In this document: positions 26,833-34,974 of the stretch, in pieces
How the letters are laid out: each line of letters opens with the position of its first letter
Position numbering within the stretch: position 1 is the stretch's first letter
Source: Bacteroidales bacterium
Lineage (GTDB): Bacteria; Bacteroidota; Bacteroidia; Bacteroidales; GWA2-32-17
Reading direction: 5' to 3'
Length of the DNA stretch: 64,000 nt
Assembly (NCBI GenBank): GCA_035371305.1
Contig: DAOOWN010000002.1
Location: forward strand, 9,908 to 73,907
Translations under genes and position numbers: made by a program
Notes under the pieces: model-generated
What the model was told of the DNA's origin: nothing
The model's input: only the letters and a program-made list of their open reading frames with translations
Database searches by the model: none

Positions 26833-28572
26833 ATGGGCGAATTTGTTGTATCTGCACGAAAATACCGTCCCGCTACATTTAAAACCGTAGTCGGGCAAGA
26901 AATAATTACCACAACTCTCAAAAATTCTATAAAGAACAAACAATTAGCCCATGCATATCTCTTTTGCGGACCACGTGGTGTTGGGAAAACAACATGTGCA
27001 CGCATCTTCGCAAAAACCATCAACTGCTTTCACCCTACCGAAGATTTTGAACCCTGCAACGAATGCGAATCGTGCAAGAATTTTAACAAAAATGCTCTGT
27101 TCAATATTCACGAACTTGATGCAGCATCCAACAATAGTGTCGATTCTATTCGCGAGCTTATTAATCAGGTTCGCATTCCGCCTCAACTTGGAAAATACAG
27201 TGTATTTATCATCGACGAAGTGCACATGCTCTCTAAAGATGCGTTTAACGCATTTTTGAAAACCCTCGAAGAGCCGCCCAGCCATGCTATTTTTGTTATG
27301 GCTACAACCGAAAAACATAAAATTATACCTACTATTCTTTCACGTTGCCAAATTTTTGATTTTCGCCGTATTCAATTGAACGATATTGTTAATCATCTTG
27401 AATATATTGCACAGCAAGAAAAAATTAATGCCGATCGTGAAGCACTTATGGTCATTGCTCAAAAAGCAGACGGCAGTATGCGCGACGCTCTTTCCATTTT
27501 TGACCAAATGGCCAGTTTCTGCGAAAATGAACTCAGCTACGAAAAAGTAATTAAAAACCTCAATGTTCTCGATTACGACTACTACTTTAAACTAACTCAC
27601 GCTTTTTTGAATGGCAACGCTCCCGAAACGCTTGTTATTTTTAACGAAATCCTTTTCAATGGTTTTGATGCACAATATTTTATCATAGGGCTAAGCGAGC
27701 ATTTTAGAAATTTAATGTTATGTAAAGACCCGCAAACCATTCCCCTACTCGAAGTAAGCGATAGTGTTGCTGCACGATACAAACAGCAAGCCGGACAATG
27801 CACCAATCAGTTTTTATTTCAAGCACTTAACATTGCTAACGATATTGAACAACAATACAGAACAAGTTACAACAAACGTTTTTTAGTAGAACTCATGCTC
27901 TACAAATTATCAAATATTTTAAGCCCGCTTGCTGAACCTAAACAAACTTCAGCGACTGTAACAACACCAACAAGCACTACCCCAACTGTAACCCCAACTA
28001 TCCCAATCAACACAACCAATACAACCACACCAACCAAAGAATACCCCACTCCCCCCCCTCCTATTCAAGAAGCAAAAGAACCCATTATAAAAGCAAAATC
28101 AACCACGTCAACTTCTTTTTCAATCAAAAATGAACTAAAGAATTCCATTAATACGAACCTTACTCAAAACCAAAACGATAAAAGCATTACCGTTTCACCG
28201 TCGAATAAAGATTTTACCTTAGAAGAAGCCCATCAGGCATGGAACGACTATTTAAACAGAAAAGAAACCGATATACGAATCAAAAATTTTTACACTCAAA
28301 ACCCAACCCATGTCTCTTGGAATGAAAAAAACATGATCATTAAAGTTTTAAACAACTCACAAGAACTTGAAATTCGTAAAATTCACGACGAACTGCTACA
28401 CTTTCTAAAAACAAAGTTGGAAAACACTTCCATAAAAATTGAAATTGAACACAGTACTGAAGAAACAACCTCTACCCGTCCCTATACAGCTAAAGAAAAA
28501 TATCAGTATTTTGCTGAAAAATATCCCGAACTGGGAAAATTAAAAGATCAACTCGATTTAGACTTTTTATAA
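26833..28572 (+). CDS. dnaX: DNA polymerase III subunit gamma/tau
   Basis: RPATFKTVVGQE, Walker A GPRGVGKTT, zinc module CNECESC, DEVHML, SRCQIFDF; Thr/Pro-rich linker, then a C-terminal domain. Confidence 0.95.
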   Translation: MGEFVVSARKYRPATFKTVVGQEIITTTLKNSIKNKQLAHAYLFCGPRGVGKTTCARIFAKTINCFHPTEDFEPCNECESCKNFNKNALFNIHELDAASNNSVDSIRELINQVRIPPQLGKYSVFIIDEVHMLSKDAFNAFLKTLEEPPSHAIFVMATTEKHKIIPTILSRCQIFDFRRIQLNDIVNHLEYIAQQEKINADREALMVIAQKADGSMRDALSIFDQMASFCENELSYEKVIKNLNVLDYDYYFKLTHAFLNGNAPETLVIFNEILFNGFDAQYFIIGLSEHFRNLMLCKDPQTIPLLEVSDSVAARYKQQAGQCTNQFLFQALNIANDIEQQYRTSYNKRFLVELMLYKLSNILSPLAEPKQTSATVTTPTSTTPTVTPTIPINTTNTTTPTKEYPTPPPPIQEAKEPIIKAKSTTSTSFSIKNELKNSINTNLTQNQNDKSITVSPSNKDFTLEEAHQAWNDYLNRKETDIRIKNFYTQNPTHVSWNEKNMIIKVLNNSQELEIRKIHDELLHFLKTKLENTSIKIEIEHSTEETTSTRPYTAKEKYQYFAEKYPELGKLKDQLDLDFL

Positions 28573-28609
28573 TAAATGAGCTTACTACTCGTTAATAAAC
28601 ACAAAAAAA

Positions 28610-28632
28610 GCGAGGACTATAAAAGTCCCCGC
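28610..28632. terminator. GC-rich hairpin after dnaX; the A-run is upstream, so the U-tract lies on the minus strand
   Basis: GCGAGGACT-ATAAA-AGTCCCCGC (one mismatch), preceded by A7 and followed by TAAAAAA. Confidence 0.35.
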
Positions 28633-28705
28633 TAAAAAACCCTAAAACTGTTACTTGGAAAAACAAGCATATATAAGACGTCAAAAAGCCTACCAAAGTT
28701 GCTTT

Positions 28706-30124
28706 ATGAAAACAGCAAAGCTGCTAAAAAAAGTTAATTTTTTACTTTTCGTTCTTATCCTCATCTATTTAGCTTCGTGCAAAAAAGAAAATTTTTATAA
28801 CGGGAATGACAAGGTTCTTAAATTTTCAACCGACACCTTACAATTTGACACAGTTTTTACTACCATTGGAAGTTCCACTCAATCGTTTATCGTTTACAAT
28901 AGCTTAAACAAGCCGTTAAAAATAAATTCTATAAGACTGGCTAAAGGTAGTCAATCGTATTTCAGATTAAATATTAATGGAATTAGCACGAGAGAATTAA
29001 AAGATGTAGAACTGGATGCAAAAGACAGTCTATTTATTTTTGTAGAAGTAAAAATCGATCCAAACAACGCTAACAACCCAATGGTAGTTCAAGATAGCAT
29101 TGAATTTCATATTAATAATGCTATGCAAGATATTGATTTAGTGGCGTATGGACAAGACGTGCACTTAATAAATGCCCAAATCCTTAGCCAAAACGAAAAT
29201 TGGCAAGCCGACAAACCCTATCTGATTTATAATTCCATGCTGGTTGACAGCAACGTTACCCTTTCTATTGCAGCCGGAGCTAAATTATATTTTCACAACA
29301 AATCGCGCATGTACATAAAAGGAACATTAATAGCAAATGGTAGCCTTCAAGAACCGATCGTATTCAGAGGCGACCGGCTTGAACATTGGTACGATAAATT
29401 ACCCGGACAATGGGATGGAATATATTTCGTTATGGGAAGTAAAGATAATGTTATGAATTATTGCGAAGTACGAAATGCCATCATTGGTATTCAGGTTGAC
29501 ACGTTGGCTTCTTTAAATCAACCGACGCTTACCTTATCTAACTCAAAAGTTCTAAACATGAATGCTGCAGGTTTGTTTGCTCAAGGAAGCACTGTTAAAG
29601 CATGGAATTGTATATTTGCCAATTGCGGACAATTTGCCATTGCTCTTACTATAGGAGGTTCGTACGAGTTTTATCACTGCACAATATACAACAATTGGTA
29701 CTATACCAATAGACAAACTCCATCCGTATGGCTAAATAATTACTACAAAGATATTAATGGCAATTATCAGGTGCGTCCGCTCGATAAAGCTAACTTTGCC
29801 AATACAATAATATATGGCAACAAAGAGACCGAGGTTTTAATTGATGCGTTTCCCAACTCACCAACTTTTAACTACGAATTTAAAAATTGCCTCATAAAAG
29901 CCGGAACAGATATAAATACAAATACAAGCAACTGGATTAATATTTTTAAAAATGAACAGCCAAAATTAAAAGATCCCGGCAACGAAAAATTTGAATTAGA
30001 TACATTATCCTTTTGCATCAATAAAGGCGATTTAAATATCGGAGCTTTGTTTCCGTGGGATATGAACGGCAATAGTAGAATCTCCGACAATATGCCCGAT
30101 TTAGGAGCCTTTGAACATCCATAA
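28706..30124 (+). CDS. Right-handed parallel beta-helix repeat lipoprotein (hypothetical)
   Basis: Lipobox IYLASC from the ATG at 28706; beta-helix-like turns (NAIIGIQVD, AAGLFAQGSTVKAWNCIFANCGQFAI, FANTIIYGN). Confidence 0.55.
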   Translation: MKTAKLLKKVNFLLFVLILIYLASCKKENFYNGNDKVLKFSTDTLQFDTVFTTIGSSTQSFIVYNSLNKPLKINSIRLAKGSQSYFRLNINGISTRELKDVELDAKDSLFIFVEVKIDPNNANNPMVVQDSIEFHINNAMQDIDLVAYGQDVHLINAQILSQNENWQADKPYLIYNSMLVDSNVTLSIAAGAKLYFHNKSRMYIKGTLIANGSLQEPIVFRGDRLEHWYDKLPGQWDGIYFVMGSKDNVMNYCEVRNAIIGIQVDTLASLNQPTLTLSNSKVLNMNAAGLFAQGSTVKAWNCIFANCGQFAIALTIGGSYEFYHCTIYNNWYYTNRQTPSVWLNNYYKDINGNYQVRPLDKANFANTIIYGNKETEVLIDAFPNSPTFNYEFKNCLIKAGTDINTNTSNWINIFKNEQPKLKDPGNEKFELDTLSFCINKGDLNIGALFPWDMNGNSRISDNMPDLGAFEHP

Positions 30125-30152
30125 TTATTTTTGTAATTAACTGATAATTATT

Positions 30153-30160
30153 TACATTTG
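30153..30160 (+). promoter_or_regulatory. -7 promoter box TACATTTG
   Basis: Exact TAnnTTTG match 18 nt upstream of the ATG at 30178. Confidence 0.4.
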
Positions 30161-30177
30161 TTCAAATTTTGTAAAGT

Positions 30178-30858
30178 ATGCAAAAAACGATTATAGTTTT
30201 CGTTTTGTTAATATCACAAATTATATCAGCTCAAAACGACTCATCTACTTTTCAACTAAAAGTAAATGTAGATATTGCCAGCCGATACATTTGGCGTGGT
30301 TGCGATTACTTTAACTCTCCTGCCCTTCAACCCGACATGGAGGCCGTTTACAAAAACAAAATTGGAATGGGAGCCTGGGGATCGATGAGCTTTGCCCCGC
30401 AACCAATCCAAGAAAACGATCTCTTTGTATTTGCCAACTTCGACCATTTTTCTATTTACGTTTACGACTATTTTTACATGAACCAACTTAGCGATAACAA
30501 CTATTTTAATTACAACGAAAAAAAAACCGGACATACATTAAGTACAGATGTTTCGTACACTCTTTCGGAACAGATACCTTTAACAATATTAGCTTCATAC
30601 AATTTTTGGGGCAACGATACTTTACATAGCAATTATGTTGAATTAAGCTACTCTTTAAAAAAACAACCTATTAAGCTATTTTGCGGAGCTACATTTTACA
30701 AAGGCTGGTATGGCAACGGCCCGGGAGTGGTAAATACAGGTATTCAATTTTCAAGAAGCATTAAGATAACCAATGAGTTTGATCTCCCTTTAGATATTCA
30801 ATGCATTATTAATCCACAAAAAGAAAATATTTTTATCGTTGCATTAATTCATTTGTAA
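30178..30858 (+). CDS. Putative small outer-membrane beta-barrel protein (TorF/Gcw_chp-like)
   Basis: Signal peptide; SRYIWRGCDY motif near the N-terminus; alternating aromatic beta-strand pattern. The family assignment is tentative. Confidence 0.4.
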   Translation: MQKTIIVFVLLISQIISAQNDSSTFQLKVNVDIASRYIWRGCDYFNSPALQPDMEAVYKNKIGMGAWGSMSFAPQPIQENDLFVFANFDHFSIYVYDYFYMNQLSDNNYFNYNEKKTGHTLSTDVSYTLSEQIPLTILASYNFWGNDTLHSNYVELSYSLKKQPIKLFCGATFYKGWYGNGPGVVNTGIQFSRSIKITNEFDLPLDIQCIINPQKENIFIVALIHL

Positions 30859-30890
30859 CTTGTATATTTGCATAAATTCTTTCATTAAAA

Positions 30891-31994
30891 ATGAAAATAA
30901 ATAAATCGACCATTCTCATTACAATTATTACATTAGCTTTTTTGATAATAGCTTATTTTCTATGGAAATTGTGGGTTTATGTTACTATAGCTGCCGTTAT
31001 TTCTCTGATATTAAACCCATTAAATTTAAAACTAAAAAAAATACATTATAAGCATTATTACATACCTTCGTTTTTACGCTCAATTTTATTGTTAGTTGTT
31101 TTTTGGGCAGTTGCTTTTATTATTGCTTCTACAATTATCCCATTATTAGTCAATGAAATATATAATTTAGCATCCATCAATCCCGAATTACTAAATGCCA
31201 AAATATCTGTTCCACTCGAAGGCATACGAAAAACATTGTATTCGCTTGGTTTACTCAATACCGAAAACAGCGATTTATCGAGTGTTTTAGTAAATAAATT
31301 TATGTATTTTTTTAATGCCGGAAATATTCAAAACATTTTCGGCAATATTATAACATTTGTTATGGATATTATAGTCGCTGTTTTTGTCATCACGTTCATC
31401 TCTTTTTTCTTTTTGAAAGACGATAAACTTTTTACAAGAACCATATTAATTTTTGTTCCGGTATCATATCAAACCGAAGTGAAACATGTTTTGGTAAGCA
31501 TAAGTAAAATGCTTATGCGTTACTTCTCGGGTGTCGTATTAGACATGATCGTTGTATTCACGCTAATATCTATAGGTATGGGCATTACAGGGTGCAATTT
31601 AAATACAGCCATTTTACTTGGATTAGTTGCTGCCTTATTTAATATCATTCCATACATTGGACCTATTTTGTCGTTCAGCATAGGCATGTTGTTCGGTTTT
31701 CTTACTAATATTAATTATGATTTAAACACCACAATTTTGCCACATATGTTGTATATGGCCATTGTATATTTAACAGTAAACATTTTAGATGCTTCACTTA
31801 TTCAACCTTTTATTTATTCCAATGCTATCAAAGCACACCCCCTCGAAATTTTTATTGTCATCTTAGCTTCAGGCATGCTTTCCGGTGTAATCGGCATGAT
31901 GCTTGCTATTCCGGCATATATGACATTACGAATCATTGCCAAAGAATTTTTTTATCAATTCTATATTGTAAAAAATTTGACAAAAAATATTTGA
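30891..31994 (+). CDS. AI-2E family transporter (PerM/UPF0118)
   Basis: About 8 TM segments and the typical NIIPYIGPILS motif. Confidence 0.8.
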   Translation: MKINKSTILITIITLAFLIIAYFLWKLWVYVTIAAVISLILNPLNLKLKKIHYKHYYIPSFLRSILLLVVFWAVAFIIASTIIPLLVNEIYNLASINPELLNAKISVPLEGIRKTLYSLGLLNTENSDLSSVLVNKFMYFFNAGNIQNIFGNIITFVMDIIVAVFVITFISFFFLKDDKLFTRTILIFVPVSYQTEVKHVLVSISKMLMRYFSGVVLDMIVVFTLISIGMGITGCNLNTAILLGLVAALFNIIPYIGPILSFSIGMLFGFLTNINYDLNTTILPHMLYMAIVYLTVNILDASLIQPFIYSNAIKAHPLEIFIVILASGMLSGVIGMMLAIPAYMTLRIIAKEFFYQFYIVKNLTKNI

Positions 31995-32043
31995 ATATTG
32001 CGTTAAAACCATTCCTTTTTTTTATTTTTGCAAAGTAATTGAA

Positions 32044-32886
32044 TTGCATTTCTTGAGAAAACATTTATTAAACTTAATATTATTAAGCTTTTTTGCTTTT
32101 GATGCTGCAGCACAAATAGCTGTTAATTTTGCTGCTGATACAACTTTAGTGTGTCCCGGTTATGTTATTCAGTTTACCGATCATTCAGTTGGCGATACTG
32201 TAAAAAATTGGCACTGGGACTTCGGCGACGGCACAACCATCGATTCTGTTCAAAACCCAAATCATGCTTATACCACAGCTGGTTTTTATACGGTAAGTCT
32301 TACTGCTTCAAGTTCTAATGCTACCCAGACAAAAACTAAAACAAATTATATTCACGTTCGAGATTTTCCACAAGCACTATTTAATTATACCGATACGTTA
32401 TTTCTGCCAAGTTACCTATTATATTTTCACGGTAGTGTTGCCAACAACGATAATTACCCATATTATTATTTTTGGAATTTTGATAACAGCTCGTTTGTAC
32501 AGGGTGATACCATCACAACTCACCTTTTTAATAATGCAGGCAACCATAACGTAAGCTTTTTAGTTAAAGCAGGAGCAGGATGTGCCGATACCATCAATCA
32601 AACTATTAGTATTAGCGATACATTGGCAGCTGCTAATATATTTACACCCAACAACGATGGACAAAATGACATTTTTATCGTTAAAACCAACGGATATAAT
32701 AAATTCACGCTCGATATTTTTAATAAATGGGGAGCCATTGTATATTCCGTTACAGCAAAAAGACTAGAATGGGATGGATACTCGTCAGCCGGTATTCAAG
32801 TACCACCGGGTGTGTATTATTTCCATGTTACCTCGTCTGACGTTAAAGGGTACAAATTGTCCGGTAAAATATTGCTTATCCGCTAA
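32044..32886 (+). CDS. PKD-domain protein with T9SS type-B C-terminal sorting domain
   Basis: PKD signature WDFGDGTT...NPNHAYTTAGFYTVSLTA; C-terminal IFTPNNDGQNDIFIVK...WDGYS...GVYYFHV. The TTG start is uncertain. Confidence 0.75.
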   Translation: MHFLRKHLLNLILLSFFAFDAAAQIAVNFAADTTLVCPGYVIQFTDHSVGDTVKNWHWDFGDGTTIDSVQNPNHAYTTAGFYTVSLTASSSNATQTKTKTNYIHVRDFPQALFNYTDTLFLPSYLLYFHGSVANNDNYPYYYFWNFDNSSFVQGDTITTHLFNNAGNHNVSFLVKAGAGCADTINQTISISDTLAAANIFTPNNDGQNDIFIVKTNGYNKFTLDIFNKWGAIVYSVTAKRLEWDGYSSAGIQVPPGVYYFHVTSSDVKGYKLSGKILLIR

Positions 32887-33909
32887 GTGGAACCATTTCA
32901 GCGTATCATAATCAGCAGAACCGATAAAATTGGCGATGTAATTCTCACATTACCACTTGTTGGCTTTTTAAAAGAAAACTACCCGAATTCAGAAATTATT
33001 TTTATCGGAAATACTTACACTAAACCTATTTTAGAAAGCTGCGAAAACATTGATAAAATTATTGATTGGCATAAAATTAAAAAGTTACCGATTCAGAAGC
33101 AACTTCGCTTTTTTAAACGACTAAAAGCAACTGTAATTATTCATGTTTTCCCTAATAAACGAATTGCATTTTTGGCAAAATGGAGTGGTATAAAAACAAG
33201 AATCGGCACATCACACAGAGTATATCATTTATTTACCGTAAACAAAAAAGTGAATTTAGGCAGAAAAAACTCCGAAAAGCACGAAGCTGAACTTAACTTG
33301 GAATTGCTTAAACCCTTACATTTAAAATACCCCATTCCGACAAAAAATGAACTAACACGTTTTTACGGTTTGACTAAAATAGCGCCACTTCCCGAGCGAT
33401 TTGTTCAAATTATTGATCGCAACAAATTTAACCTTATATTGCACCCTAAATCAAAAGGTAGTGCACGAGAATGGGGATTAAATAAATATGCCGAACTTAT
33501 TCGAGTCTTACCCGAAAACAAATACAACATCATTGTAGCAGGTACACCATCCGAAGCCGACGAAATGGAATACCTGCTTAAAGTATATGCCTCAAAAATA
33601 AAAGATGTAACCGGAAAACTTTCGCTGAGTGAGTATATTTCGCTCATTAACGAAGCAGACGGCATGGTTGCATGCAGCACCGGCCCCTTGCATATTGCCG
33701 CAGCACTTGGCAAACGTGCAATTGGCATTTATGCACCCATGCGACCTATCTTCCCTCAACGTTGGGGACCCATTGGAAGTAATTCCACCTATTTGGTAAT
33801 CGATAAAGAATGTAATGATTGCAAAACATCATCACATTGCCAGTGTATCGAAGCAATTACTGTGGAACAAGTTGTTAATGAGCTTAATAAAAGCGAACTA
33901 AAACGTTAA
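32887..33909 (+). CDS. Glycosyltransferase family 9 (LPS heptosyltransferase-like)
   Basis: IIISRTDKIGDVILTLPLV N-terminus and C-terminal GMVACSTGPLHIAAALGKRAIGIY. GTG start directly after the upstream stop. Confidence 0.8.
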   Translation: MEPFQRIIISRTDKIGDVILTLPLVGFLKENYPNSEIIFIGNTYTKPILESCENIDKIIDWHKIKKLPIQKQLRFFKRLKATVIIHVFPNKRIAFLAKWSGIKTRIGTSHRVYHLFTVNKKVNLGRKNSEKHEAELNLELLKPLHLKYPIPTKNELTRFYGLTKIAPLPERFVQIIDRNKFNLILHPKSKGSAREWGLNKYAELIRVLPENKYNIIVAGTPSEADEMEYLLKVYASKIKDVTGKLSLSEYISLINEADGMVACSTGPLHIAAALGKRAIGIYAPMRPIFPQRWGPIGSNSTYLVIDKECNDCKTSSHCQCIEAITVEQVVNELNKSELKR

Positions 33910-33914
33910 ACCGA

Positions 33915-34292
33915 TTATTCATGATGATGATGGTGGTGTCCATCTTCATGAGCATGACAACTTTCGCCGCTATCCATTATCTTACCGCTTAAATAATCTT
34001 CAACCACTTGTTTTGCATTACCACTACAACCCCTTATTACCTCAATACCATAGTGATTTAAAACATTGATGGCACCACTTCCAATTCCACCGGCAAGCAT
34101 CATAGTAACACCGGCATCAGCCAAATCGCCGGCTATACCGGATTTACAACCACAACCTTGAGTCGAATCCAACGTGTCGAATTTCACAATTTTATTTTCT
34201 TCGGATACGGTAAAAATTCCGTACATTTCACAATGACCAAAATGGTCGTCAATGTTCATGTCTGAACGCAAAGGAACTGCTATTTTTTTCAT
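33915..34292 (-). CDS. NifB/NifX-type (dinitrogenase FeMo-cofactor-biosynthesis fold) cluster-binding protein with natural His6 tail
   Basis: KIAVPL...DDHFGHC...GCGCKSG...MLAGGIGSGAINVLNHYGIEVI; C-terminal ...CHAHEDGHHHHHHE. Confidence 0.8.
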   Translation of the reverse strand: MKKIAVPLRSDMNIDDHFGHCEMYGIFTVSEENKIVKFDTLDSTQGCGCKSGIAGDLADAGVTMMLAGGIGSGAINVLNHYGIEVIRGCSGNAKQVVEDYLSGKIMDSGESCHAHEDGHHHHHHE

Positions 34293-34304
34293 TTTTTTTA
34301 AAGT

Positions 34305-34484
34305 TTATTGGTTATAATTAATTCGTTTACCTTTTTGATGGCATATTGACTTTTTACTCAAACCCAATCCTTCTCCCAATTTTCCAATATTGTTAAGTTC
34401 TTCGTTTGTTTTTCTGCATTTTCCTAATTTTCTTCCGGTTTTGGGACCTTGTCCCAATGGACCGGTATGATCTAAATGTGGCAT
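34305..34484 (-). CDS. DUF5320-like small protein (59 aa), absent from the ORF track, whose shortest listed ORFs are 60 aa
   Basis: My own translation of the minus strand: MPHLDHTGPLGQGPKTGRKLGKCRKTNEELNNIGKLGEGLGLSKKSICHQKGKRINYNQ*. The N-terminal MP..D.TGP.G.GP.TGR..G.C motif is the DUF5320 hallmark. The ATG is 3 nt after the DUF134 stop. Confidence 0.65.
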   Translation of the reverse strand: MPHLDHTGPLGQGPKTGRKLGKCRKTNEELNNIGKLGEGLGLSKKSICHQKGKRINYNQ

Positions 34485-34487
34485 AAT

Positions 34488-34889
34488 TTATATTTTAAAG
34501 AGTTCTTGTTCATTGTATTGCTTGCAACCGCAGCATGGTTGGTGCTTTTCTTCATCTTCAAATAATTTAAAACAAATCTTGCATCGCTGCCAATTCGAAT
34601 CAAATTCATAATTTCCGCCTTCAATCTTTATTACATTACCTTCTACCAGCGCTTTTGTCAATTTAAGCAAAGCATTATTGAAAATCCGTGTAAATGTAGG
34701 TCTCGAAACATCCATAATGGTGGCCGCTTCTTCATGTGATTTCTTTTCATAATTTACCAACCGCAAACTTTCGAACTCCTCAAAATGCAAATTCACAAAT
34801 TCTAACACTTGAAGGGGCATACCAAATGGCTTAAATCCCATCATCCTAGGAGGATATTGAATTTTACGGGATTTACATTTACGTGGCAT
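34488..34889 (-). CDS. DUF134 (UPF0251) HTH protein with C-terminal Cys-rich extension
   Basis: MPRKCKSRKI...FKPFGMP...EEFESLRLVNYEKKSHEEAATIMDVSRPTFTRIFNNALLKLTKALVEG; extension CKIC-x13-CCGC. Confidence 0.8.
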   Translation of the reverse strand: MPRKCKSRKIQYPPRMMGFKPFGMPLQVLEFVNLHFEEFESLRLVNYEKKSHEEAATIMDVSRPTFTRIFNNALLKLTKALVEGNVIKIEGGNYEFDSNWQRCKICFKLFEDEEKHQPCCGCKQYNEQELFKI

Positions 34890-34902
34890 TGTTTTTTTTG
34901 TG

Positions 34903-34926
34903 CAAATATAATGAACGTAGGTTCAT
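34903..34926 (-). promoter_or_regulatory. -7 box TATATTTG (minus strand, 34903-34910) abutted by palindrome ATGAAC-N4-GTTCAT (34911-34926)
   Basis: Minus strand reads ...ATGAACCTACGTTCAT TATATTTG CACAAAAAAAACA ATG. Confidence 0.45.
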
Positions 34927-34974
34927 AATTAAATGATATAAATCATGTATTCGAAAAAAACAAATTCCATTCAT

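Noticed and set aside
26944-27318. 124-aa antisense ORF and 102-aa alternate-frame ORF within the 5-prime part of dnaX
   Set aside because: They overlap the conserved AAA+ core of DnaX and their translations have no recognisable motifs. They are shadow ORFs.
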